From Eledone cirrhosa (lineage: Eukaryota), in NCBI GenBank assembly GCA_964016885.1, contig OZ024743.1:208072001-208136000 (forward strand): a DNA stretch of 64,000 bases, written 5' to 3'. Positions 12,466-23,737 of the stretch are shown one piece after another. The stretch's first letter is position 1. Every line of letters starts with the position of its first letter. A model generated the notes under the pieces. That model saw only the letters and a list, made by a program, of their open reading frames with translations, ran no database searches and was not told the origin of the DNA. A program made the translations under genes and the position numbers.

Positions 12466-15190
12466 TCCCCCATGAAGAATGCACCTCCCAACATAGACTG
12501 ATAATTAGCGACCTCATAGTCAGGACGAGACATACTCGACAGCAGAAGAGGACTATCCTCAGGAGAAAAATATGGAAGCTAAAGGACCCCACAGCCAAAA
12601 ATAAATTTCAAAACATATTACTTGATGCTTTCGACAGTAAGGAAGAACATTTAGAGTCGGACAATATAGAGGGACAGTGGGAATTTCTGAAAGCAAACCT
12701 GCTGTTGGCGACAGACGAAGTCTGTGGCTGGAGCAGGCCTGTAGGCAGGAGGAGAGTAACATGGTGGTGGAACAGTAAGGTGGAGGGGTCAATTAAGGCC
12801 AAAAAGCAGGCTTGGAAAGTATGGCGGGATGGGGGAAGTAGAGTAGACTATCAAGTGGCCAGGAGGGAAGCTAGGAGAGAAGTGTACTTAGCAAGAAGGG
12901 AAGCTGAGGAAAGAAAGTTCAAGCATGTCCTACAACGCGATGACCAAAAACGTGAGGTGTTCAGGATTGCTAGGCAATGCGTCAAGGAAAACCGTGATAT
13001 TGTCGGGGAGAAGTGTGTACTTAACGATGATGGCATACTTGCCATCACCGACACTGATAAGAAGGTAGCTTGGAAGTGTCACTATGAAAGGCTACTAAAT
13101 GAGGAGAATAAATGGGAGAAAGACAGTCTCCCCCATGTCGACCCAATAGAGGGACCAGCAGTGTTAGTCGAGGGGAGTATAATAAGTAAGGCAATCAAGG
13201 ATATGAAGACAGGTAAGGCGGCTGGGCCTTCGGAAATAGTTGCTGAGATGCTGAAGGCATCTGGCACGGTGGGACACACCATGGTCACCCGCATAGTTAA
13301 CCAAGTCGTACAGAATGGGGTTGTTCCGAAGGACTGGCATAGCAGCATCATCGTTAACTGTTATAAGGGTAAAGGAGACGCCCTAGATAGGAGTAACTAT
13401 AGAGGCATTAAATTAATCGACCAGGTCATGAAGGTCACGGAAAAAGTAATAGCGCAACTAATCAGAGAGAGAATTGACCTAGATGAAATGCAGTTCGGGT
13501 TTGTGTCAGGCAAAAGTACCACAGACGCTCTTTTCATAGTACGACAACTACAGGAGAAGTTCCTAGCTAAAGGTAAACCCCTCTACTTAGCTTTTGTCGA
13601 CCTGGAGAAAGCCTTCGACAGAGTCCCCCGCTCCATTATCTGGTGGGCTCTTAGAAAACTAGGCGTTGACGAATGGCTTGTGAGGGCCATACAAGCCATG
13701 TATAAAGAAACAGTCAGCAAGGTTAGAATTAACAACGAATATAGTGAAGAGTTTAGCGTAAAAGTTGGCGTCCATCAGGGCTCTGTTCTCAGCCCCCTAC
13801 TATTTATTATTGCCCTTCAGGCTATAACAGAGGAGTTCAAGACAGGCTGCCCATGGGAACTCCTATACGCAGACGACCTGACACTCATAGCGGAATCAAT
13901 GGCCGAGCTAGAGAAGAAATTCCAAACATGGAAGCACGGCCTAGAGTCAAAAGGACTTAAAATTAACCTGGCTAAGACCAAAGTTCTAGTTTGTAGGAAA
14001 GAAAACAAGGCGGCGGTCCCTTCTGGGAAATGGTCGTGCTCGGTGTGTAGGAAAGGCGTAGGTAGAAACTCCATTTTATGTCCTAAATGCAAAGTATGGG
14101 TGCATAAAAGATGTAGTGGGATCACAGGTAAGCTAACTAAGAACATAGATTTTACATGTGGCCGGTGTTCTGGTGCAATAAGTAGCAGCAAGTGCCCACA
14201 AAATACTAGCTCTTTCAATTGCGCAGAGGGTTCTATAGAAATAGTGGACAGCTTCCGTTACCTGGGCGATAAAATCAGCAGTGGGGGAGGGTGCTCTGAA
14301 AGTACTGTAGCTAGAGTCAGAACTGGTTGGAAAAAGTTCAGAGAACTTATACCACTATTAGCTGCTAAAGGGTTCTCCCTAAAAATGAAAGGCAGGTTGT
14401 ACGATGCCTGCATACGAACAGCAATGTTGCATGGCAGTGAGACCTGGGCATTGTGTGCAGAGGATATACGCAGACTAGAGAGGAACGAAGCTTGCATGCT
14501 CCGCTGGATGTGTAACAGTAATATACGTGAACGGCAAAGCATAAACGAACTAAGGAAAAAATTAGAGATAAGAGGGATCAGATGTTGTTTACTCGAGAGA
14601 AGGCTACGTTGGTATGGACACGTGATGCGCATGAAAGACGATAGCTGTATAACAAAGTGCAGGGCAATAAAGATAGACGGTAGCCACGGAATAGGCAGAC
14701 CTAGAAAAACCTGGGACGAGCTGATAAACTCCGACCTCACACACTTACACCTCTCCAAGACAATGTCACTGGACCGAGGCCTTTGGCGGTACTCAGTAAC
14801 AGAGAAGACCCGCCTTGCCAGTAGGCATCTCTAACAAAATACACCCCGTCCCGCCACCACCCCCACCCATCCACACCACCCCGTCCTATGTAAAGTTATG
14901 TTGGTGCCGCGCCATCCAGGCCGAAACAAATGAGATCGTGTAGGTGTCACGACAAAAAAACACACAGTCCACGCTGTAATGTGGCCGTGTAGGCAACACG
15001 GTAAAAACCTCCCAGACCCACACTGTAAATGTGGTTGGTGTTAGGAAGGGCATCCAACTGTAGAAAACCTGCCAGACAGTCCTATGCGAGCAAGACAATC
15101 ACTCTTGCCTCAAGTGGGACTACCCCCGTCCAAACCCATGCAAGCGTGGAACACGGACGTTAAACGTTGATGATGATGATGATGATGATG
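12466..15190 (+). mobile_element. RTE family A: 3' part with intact RT ORF
   Basis: Frame open from PHEECTSQHRL (~12468) to 14834. Motifs QFGF, FVDLEKAFDRV, GVHQGSVLSP, YADD; 3' UTR and (GAT)n tail. Confidence 0.96.
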
Positions 15191-15203
15191 TTCATGCATA
15201 TGC

Positions 15204-15257
<54 letters not shown>

Positions 15258-15634
15258 ATTTGCACATGCATATATGTATGTGTTGTGTGTGTGTTGTGAA
15301 ATCGTTTTATTTTTTTTTAAGTATACCTGACTAAGTTGAATCATATGGTTTTTAGATGTAATATGTTGTAACACATCAGATAAGTCAGTAACTTAGTTGG
15401 AGAAATGGTAGAAAAATGATAAAAAAATAAATTAAATAACAAGTAGAGAAAGGAATTGTGAGTGAGAAGAGGGAGGATTGAGAGGAGGGAAGAGGGAGAA
15501 GTGAGGAAGAGGAAAAACTCTTAATCTTTGTTAAAATGACTGAAGTATATTTACATTGGTAAGACTGTCAGAAAAACAAGAAATATATATATTGGTATTA
15601 CAAGAGAAAAGATGATTACATAATTTACTTCTGT

Positions 15635-15975
15635 AAATAGAGTGCGTAGCTCGGAGATCAGAGAATCACTCCAAGTAGAGTCGCTACTTTCCCAAATTGA
15701 GAGATCACAGCTCCAATATTACGAACATGTGGTTAGAATGTCTCAGGAAAGAATTGCTGGAGAGATTTTATGGGCAAAACGAACTAACAAGAGACCCAGG
15801 GGTAGAATCTGAGCAAGATGGTTGAATAACATCCATGAGCTTGGCTAGTCTCACTTGGGGATCCATCCAGATCAGTTGGAGACGGTTGCTTCTGACAGGA
15901 CCCACTGGAAATAGTGTTTGGGGACTCTGCCACCCTGACCCTCACAGGAATAAGTGGAAGATGACGACGATGAGG
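15635..15975 (+). mobile_element. RTE-clade (Expander/Rex3-like) 3' fragment
   Basis: IERSQLQYY.HVVRMSQER...RPRGR motif; sister fragments at ~25290-25650 and ~34866-35125. Confidence 0.7.
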
Positions 15976-16730
15976 AAGAGAATGATAGGAAATAAATATA
16001 AAGTCAATAGTTTTTGTGAGTTTTTTTAAATGATTAAAATGACTGATCCACAGTAATTGTTTTAGTTTCAACAAGACGTCTGACAACTACAACTCTGAAA
16101 TTATTTCTCTAATAATTACATAAAAATATTTGTTTAGAAAAAAAAATCATATCAATGACCAGCATGGCCTCAGCCTCTCAGCTGGAACACATAATAAAGT
16201 TATCTTTCATATTTGGATTATTTATTAATTCTTGACAGTTTATATATGACATAAACTACATTATTGAAAAGACGAAACATCATTATGACTGTATTTCAAC
16301 ATTGTTAACTCGTAACGCTATATATGACATAAACTACAAAACATTGGCTCTCAGTATCAGTAGAGGGTCGGACACCATGCTTTGACGAGTTACAGCCCTT
16401 GCCATTCCGAGTTCAAATCTCACCTTTTTTATCCTTACAGGCACGATAAAATAAAGTACCAGTAATGTACTGGGATAAATGCTGGCCTTGTGCCAAAAGT
16501 AGAAACAATTATGACTATTACAACATGATTAACTTTTGACAATATATTATGACATAAAATATAAAACATCAAGACTATTACAACATTATTAACTTTCAAC
16601 ACTATATTATAACATAAAATATAAAACATCATGACTGTATTACATTAAAATTTAAAGGCTTTTGTTTACTGCAAATTTACACAATTTTCCTCTAGTAAGG
16701 ATTCTATAAATGTTTGAATAAATGAAGCTC

Positions 16731-16736
16731 TTTATT
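16731..16736 (-). promoter_or_regulatory. Polyadenylation signal AATAAA
   Basis: tttatt on +, about 30 nt downstream of the small-ORF stop. Confidence 0.4.
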
Positions 16737-16767
16737 TTTAGATATTTTCTACTAAGTTATTACAGTA

Positions 16768-16926
16768 TTACTCACCACCATAGGCGCTGAGCTGGCCAGC
16801 CGCAGGTGTGAGCCCCGCGAGTTGGAGTAGCTTTTCCAGCGCGTCTCCCTTGACGTCCTCCGGGGAAACGCCTTCTCCATTCTGACCGCCGGGGCTGTGG
16901 GTGGGCCCCATCGCGTACCAATACAT
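16768..16926 (-). CDS. 52-aa GC-rich small ORF whose ATG overlaps the WSC-gene stop (TAATG): MYWYAMGPTHSPGGQNGEGVSPEDVKGDALEKLLQLAGLTPAAGQLSAYGGE
   Basis: 159 nt ATG..TAA; 100/159 G+C by hand count; GC-rich third codon positions; ORF ends coincide with the GC island edges. Below the 60-aa ORF-track cutoff. Confidence 0.55.
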   Translation of the reverse strand: MYWYAMGPTHSPGGQNGEGVSPEDVKGDALEKLLQLAGLTPAAGQLSAYGGE

Positions 16927-16948
16927 TAGTTAAATACCATTCTTTCAT
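16926..16948 (-). CDS. WSC-domain protein, probable terminal coding exon (stop TAA at 16928-16926)
   Basis: Acceptor ctttattgtgttgtatcag. Phase-1 entry from the 30-nt exon gives (D)ERMVFN*. AATAAA downstream at 16736-16731. Requires a ~20-kb intron, so the link is inferred. Confidence 0.6.
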
Positions 16949-17194
16949 CTGATACAACACAATAAAGCATAAAAATTGTTTGGAACACATCAATTCTTCT
17001 CAAAATGACCAAAGATTTTTTCACAATTCATATCAAATATATTAAACTCTTTTCTCAAATACTCATTCACCTTTGAATTCCTGTTAAGAGTTAAACTAGC
17101 ATTACAAGAAGGATAATTTTATATTTTTTCTGGGAATTACATAAAAGTCTGTTGATAAAAAAATATTTCTAGTTGAGTTATTAAGACAAAGAAG

Positions 17195-17410
17195 TTGATG
17201 GGTAATCAGTGGAGCGTTAGACAATATACTTTGTGGCATATAGTTACGACCCTTTACATTCTGAGTTCAAATCCTGCTGAGGTTAGCTTTGCCTTTCATC
17301 CTTATGGGGTTGATAAAATAAAGTACCAGTAACACACTGGGGTCGATTTCATTGATCCCCCCTCCTTCTCTTGAAATTGCTGCCCTTGTGCCAAATGTAG
17401 AAACAATTAA
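17195..17410 (+). mobile_element. SINE family S1
   Basis: gagttcaaatcctgctgaggttagctttgcctttcatcc...gtagaaacaatt. Confidence 0.75.
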
Positions 17411-17508
17411 GACAGATTTTTTTTGTTTTGTTTTTGTTTTTTATTGTTTTTTTTTGTGTTGTTCATTTAGGATAAAAGCAATGTGAAAAATACATTATAG
17501 AAGGTAAG

Positions 17509-17562
<54 letters not shown>

Positions 17563-17650
17563 AGGGAGTGTAACTGTAGGTTCACCTGGGTGAGCACGCG
17601 ATGTTTAGGTTCACTTCTGTGTCAAGGTGTAGAGCTAGACAGAGTGTATT

Positions 17651-17894
17651 ATAGTAAAATAAAACAAGGATGAGTAGTTACTCCTTCATTAGGTTTATTG
17701 GTTGGTGACGCGTGTTTCGCCACTGATCAGCTCAAGGTTCATTACCATTATAAGGGGTCTGACGAGCCGCGGATTACAGAGTTGGGCTAGATTGATACAG
17801 ATCGAACCTTGAGCTGATCAGTGGCGAAACGCGCGTCACCAACCAATAAACCTAATGAAGGAGTAACCACTGGTCCTTGTTTTATTTTACTATA
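17651..17894. mobile_element. Penelope-like pLTR remnant forming a ~90-bp inverted repeat
   Basis: Arms 17651-17740 and 17804-17894; contains a PLE-type hammerhead. Confidence 0.7.
17754..17840 (+). ncRNA. Minimal type I hammerhead ribozyme
   Basis: ggt-CTGACGA-gccgc...gtggc-GAAAC-gcgc-GTC-acc: intact core, stems I and II pair, palindromic helix-III loop. Confidence 0.8.
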
Positions 17895-18227
17895 TATATA
17901 TATATATATATATATGGTTTCTTTTTTGCTTGTGCTTTTTTTGCTTGTGCTTTTTACTTTTACTTATACCTATTACACTTCCAACCAGTGCTGCCTGTAA
18001 TTGTGTTATTTCAAGCAGAACATCTTTTTAACTCCTGAATCTTCACATGATGCCTTTGACACTAATAACAACTATGTACCCTAAATGTTCTAAATGACTA
18101 GGATTCTAGTTACACGTTTTCGACATTCCTTATGCTCCGATGATTCCAGACTTCCCTCTGGAAGAAACAATTGTCAGCTAATAAATGTTCTAAACTAAAA
18201 TTTGATCGTTTTAACACTTTGTATATA

Positions 18228-19445
18228 TATATTCCCATTATGCCAAACCCATGACTTCCAAATATCTGAACCACCGAAGCTCAGCTGTTTCGGACCACAC
18301 CAAAATCAACATACAAATTGCGGATTTGGTACGGGTGATGAGAAACGTGTCCCGCATGTGCAACCCCAAAGAACTAGAGAGACACATACACCACTTCATC
18401 CACCGTATGCAGTTCTCTGGTTACAATCAGAGAGATAAAATCAGAGTATATAAAGGAGCCAGAACCAAATGGGAAAAAATGGGAAATAATGATACAAATG
18501 GGACCTGCTCCTTGTATAGGAGCAAATTTTGGAATAGAATAAAAAGAACTAGGAATAAGGTTAATAGAATAAAATTAGCTTACAAATTTAGAAGGGCCCT
18601 AGATAAACATAAACTCAATATTAAGATAGTAGAAAGACCAGGTACCTCCATAAAAACACTTATTAGCAAAAGATACCCTTTTCAAAGACGTCCCTGTATA
18701 GATAAGAAATGTATAATCTGTAAACTAAGCCCCATATTAACTGTAAAACTAGAAATGTAGTATATAGCATAAGATGTACTGAAGGACAATGTAGAGATAA
18801 GAATATAGTGTACATAGGTGAGACAGCTCGTAGTATAGGAGAACGGATAAATGAACACTGGCCTGAACTTCAAGATAGAAAAGAATCATCTGTACTCCAC
18901 CAACATGCTAAAATAGAACATAAGGGTAAATTAAAGAACACAGAAATAAAAATAGAATCTACACACAGAAAAGACACAATGTTTAGACAAATCACAGAGG
19001 CAATAAACATAAATGAACTCCAACCAAAATTAAATAGAAAACATGAATGGAATAGCAACATCACAACTTACAATTAAGGACAAAATGAAAACACACACAC
19101 ACATAGAACAAACAACCAACCAGTAACATGTAAATAAACAATCAAACAAATAAATAAACAAATATAAACACACAGACACCCGGATGTAACACATGCGCAA
19201 ACTAAGCACACAACACACACAAAAACAAGATGGCGTAGGACAGAACAAAGGAGAGAAACAAAGAAAAGAATCCTCAGTCACTGAAGAGGTCACAGAATGT
19301 GTGACGAAAGAACTTTAGCAATATATCAACAACCGTCCGGTTGTGGAACCAACCAACCAACCGGAAATTTATAAATTTAATTTATAATAAATTGGAGTGA
19401 AAGCAACTGGTGCGTGTGTTTCTTATTGGCAACATGACCCTCCCA
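18228..19445 (+). mobile_element. Penelope-like element: RT C-terminus + GIY-YIG endonuclease + pLTR, frameshifted
   Basis: HYAKPM...; C..KKCIIC; YIGETARSIGERINEH...RQITEAININELQPKLN; degenerate hammerhead at 19281-19320. Confidence 0.88.
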
Positions 19446-19471
19446 AAGTATAACAATATATATATATATAT

Positions 19472-20333
19472 ATCATCATCATCATCATCATTTAACGTCC
19501 ATATTCCACGCTTGCATGGGTTTGGACGGGAGTTTTCTCACTTGAGGCAAGAGTGGTTGTCTTGCTCGCATAGGATTGTCTGGCGGGTTTTCTACGGCTG
19601 GATGCCCTTCCTAACACCAACCACGTTTACGGTGTCGACTGGGAGGTTTTTGCCATGTTACCTACACGGCCACATTACAGTGTGGACTGTGTGTTTTTTG
19701 TCGTGACACCTACACGACCTCATTTGTTTCGGACTGAATTTTGTGGGGCCAACATAACTTTACATTGGAAGGTGTGGATGGGGTGGGAGTAGTGTGACGG
19801 GGTGTATTTTTGTTAGAGGTGCCTACTGAGTAGGTTTCACTTTGTACTTAGGTAAGGCGGGTCTTCTGTATTTCTGTGTAGCGCCAAAGATCTTGGTCCA
19901 GTGACATTGTCTTGGAGAGGTGTAAGTGTGTGAGGTCGGAATTTATCAAGTCGTCCCAGGTTTTTCTGGGTCTGCCTACTCCGTGGCTACTGTCTATTTT
20001 TATTGCCCTGCACTTTGTTATACAGCTGTCGTCTTTCATGCGCATCATGTGACCATACCAACGTAGTCTTCTCTCGAGTAAACAACATCTGATCCCTCTT
20101 ATTTCTAATTTTTCCCTTAGTTCGTTTATGCTTTGCCGTTCACGTATATTACTATTACACATCCAGCGGAGCATGCAAGCTTCGTTCCTCTCCAGTCTGC
20201 GTATATCCTATGCGCACAATGTCCAGGTCTCACTGCCATGCAACATTGCTGTTCGTGTGCAGGCATCATACAGCCTGTCTTTCATTTTTAGAGAGAACCC
20301 TTTAGCGGCTAATAGTGGTATAAGCTCTCTGAA

Positions 20334-20338
<5 letters not shown>
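19472..20338 (-). mobile_element. 5'-truncated RTE family A copy
   Basis: MLRWMCNSNIRERQ...; same 3' UTR and (GAT)n tail. Confidence 0.93.
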
Positions 20339-20374
<36 letters not shown>

Positions 20375-20602
20375 CAGAAGGTAAGGAGGAATATATATAT
20401 ATATATATATACAAATCAGGATGGATTCAATTTGAAACTGGTTTGACCATTACTCAACAGAGTACTCAATACTTGGAGTAGTAGAGTATGGTTATATTAT
20501 AAAGAGTTTGGACCCGATGGCTGAGCTCTAGCCATTTCAACAGCTAGTTCCAGACTGGCTGTTGACATGGCAAGAGCTCAGCTGTTGAGTCCAGACTCTT
20601 TA

Positions 20603-20660
<58 letters not shown>

Positions 20661-21332
20661 AAGGTAAAAAGCAAGTAAGCTAATCAGAAGGCGAAAAAGG
20701 TACTTAGTTATGCAGATTACCCTGTTTTTTTCCTCATTTTTCCCTATCCCTTCTTATCACTCTTTACTATTTATCTTGTGTATGTTTGTGTGCATATATT
20801 TATAGGTTTGTGTGTGGATATGTGTATATGTTTATAGGTTTGTGTGTATGTGTGTGTCTGCACGAATGTGTTTGTGTGTGTGGATGTGTATGCCTGCATG
20901 TTTGTGTGAATGTATGTTCATGCGTGCATGTGTATGTATATGTACGTGTATGTATATGTACGTGTATGTATATATACGTGTCTGTATATATATGTGTATG
21001 TGTGTTTATATGCACAAATGAGGTTTAATGCTATTGATAGCAATATAAGTATTTTGGCAGACATAGGAAGAACCTAAGCTCCATTTTAAAACATGTTATT
21101 TACAAATGTAGCAAATATTCAAATGATCTAATCTTGGGTACAGGAGGTCCCATAAATTACTTTGTGTAACCTAAGATTGCATAATTGTGTGTGTGTGTGT
21201 GTATTCATTTTATTAAGGCTGAATAGTGAGTAACAAGAATCACTATTTAGCCTAAATAAAGTGAATATTAAAACTGCTTCAGTATGAGTACTCCTTTCTC
21301 TCAGCTGTCAACTACATATGGATATATATAAT

Positions 21333-21720
21333 ATAATAATAATGAAAATGATTGTGTACAGTGCTCAGGTGCACTACAACTCATCAAAGGTGCATGTATA
21401 GTACATAGAATAATGTATAAATGTCAGAAAAATGAACAGTGTATGAGTCGTGTTATACACATATGCGTGCGTGTGTATAAAGGGGGAATATCAGGTGTAT
21501 TGTTGGAGAATTTCAGGAAGCATGGAAGTTTTGAAGGATGCAGTGTCCCGACAGGTAGTTTGTTCCATGCTTCAAGAACTCTGAGCGTGGAAAAATGTTT
21601 CCGAAAGTCATGGGAGCTGTACAGTTTTCTGATTTTGTAGGCATGTCCATGGGTGTTAGACACATGGAATTCAACAAGGGTTGTTGTTGGAAAGATGGTT
21701 AATAATCTTATGGGTTTTTA
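21333..21720 (-). mobile_element. CR1-clade LINE 3' end
   Basis: THGHAYKI...RKHFSTLRVLEAWNKLP motif; (ATT)n tail; partial copy at ~33300-33490. Confidence 0.75.
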
Positions 21721-22256
21721 AACTTCTTACTATTCGAGGCCTACTGAAACTCATACTCTCCCACCACCACTAGGTTTCAGTCAACTGCCACTGGCAGGGC
21801 GACTAGCAGTAAACTATAACTGTATCATATTACAGACCTGGATGGGGGTGATTGTTTCGTTGGGGTGTGAGGCGACCTGTTTTGGGGTAGTGGATGGTCA
21901 ACTTCCTTTGGACTTGTGCCTATGCAAACCGGTGGGGGGTGAATTGGGACTTACAAGAGAGCGGGCGAAGGATTCAAGAACACCCGCTTTGTCCGTTCCC
22001 TTGTCGATTCAATTTGGGTTGCCTCGGGAACGTAACCTTATTATGTAAGAAGCTGTCTGATGATGTCACAGCACTGGGTACACGGAATCGTGTGGCCACT
22101 GTCGTCATTGAAATATGCATCACAGCATTATCATTAAAGGACTTTAACATCTGAAACTACTTCGCATTTTCTTATTCTAAATATACTCTGTCACTCCGAT
22201 GTGGAAAAAGTACGTTGAGTGCTTGAATTGAATTGCATCAATATTTACCTTAAGTG

Positions 22257-22313
<57 letters not shown>

Positions 22314-22563
22314 GGAGTCAATTGACTTTCGTCAAATTGGACCGAGGAAACAATGTTTCCGTTGGTCTTTCCAATTGCTAATACTATCTGTCGGTCACAA
22401 CTCCAGGTAGAAGGAGCAACGTGAAAAATAAAGTGTCTTGCTCAAGGACATAACGCATCACCCAGTCCAGGAATTGAACTGACAACCTCACGATTGTGAA
22501 TCCAGTTATCTAACCACTCAGCCACATGCCTTCATATATATATATATGTATAGAGAAATCTGA

Positions 22564-22599
<36 letters not shown>

Positions 22600-22688
22600 G
22601 TACTATCCTGGGATATCACACACAGAGTATAGTAACTATTATAGGCAATAATCATAGTCAAAAAGTAAGCTATAAAAGCAAGCCATTG

Positions 22689-22720
<32 letters not shown>

Positions 22721-23737
22721 TAGACAGTGAGAGAGGGACAGACAGACACAGAGAGAGAGAGAGAGAGTGAAGGTAGTAGTAGTAGTAGTAGTAGTTTCTT
22801 TTAGTTTAGATGTTGTATTAAGGAATAGAAAAAATATTAAAGGGAAAAAAAGGTGTGTGAAGTTGTATAGAAGTAGGATGGTAAGAAGGTTAGAAAAGCT
22901 ACAATAAATATTGACAGATGTTAGGGGAAGAAACAGAGATTTTTAGGTTAGGATGCTGAGAGTGATAAAAACAAAATGACAATAAAAACATAATAGTGAT
23001 ATAAAAAATAAAGAGTAAAAAATAAATGTAAAAAAAATAAGAGTAAAAAAATAATAGTAATGTTGGTAAAGAAGATTACTTTAGAGAGAAGCTGCTCCCC
23101 TGGAGTTTTTAAATATGGGGTTTATGTACATGTATATTTATGTAGTCATATACATGCATAGACACACAGACACATACAGTTGCATACAGACACATTCATA
23201 CACACACACAGACACGCATGCAGAGCATATCTTTTAAGTATATAGATATTTGTGCATGTATGTGTGTGTCTGTGTCTGTTTCTGTCTCTGTGTGTGTGAG
23301 TGTATATGTGTGTGTCTGTGACTGTGTGTGTGTGTGTGTGTCTGTCTGTGTCTCTGTGACTGTGTGTGTCTATGTGTGTATGTCTCTGTATGTGTCTCTG
23401 ACTATGTGTCTGACTATGTGTGTGAGTGTGTGTGTGTCTCAGTCAGTCTATGTGTAAGTGTAGAGATAAGACATTTGACAGTTGTTCTTCTATCAAGGTT
23501 TTATGATTTCAGTTTAGAATTTTTGTTGTTTGTTTTACAATTCTTTATTTTATTATTTATCAATGACAAGAAAAAACATTTTTTGAAGAGAGAGAGATAT
23601 AAAGATACGGTATAACAGAGAGAGAGTAAGGTATCATGGTAAAAAAGAGAGACAGATAATTAAAGAGTTAAAGCTCTGGCTCTACCTAAAAATAATATAA
23701 AATCTTCACATAACCCTTTCATGATCACATTTCTCAT

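Noticed and set aside
16903-16920. TGGTACGCGATGGGG as an LTR primer-binding site
   Set aside because: No preceding LTR ending in CA, no tRNA match I recognise, and no gag/pol.
16772-16993. 73-aa ORF / 173-nt exon MKEWYLTNVLVRD.. resembling a PLAT strand
   Set aside because: It needs phase-0 entry, but the preceding exon ends in phase 1. The remainder is Arg/Gly/Pro-rich, as expected for an off-frame reading of the GC-rich ORF.
20786-23615. Cys/Val- and His/Thr-rich short ORFs
   Set aside because: Translations of (GT)n/(CA)n microsatellites.
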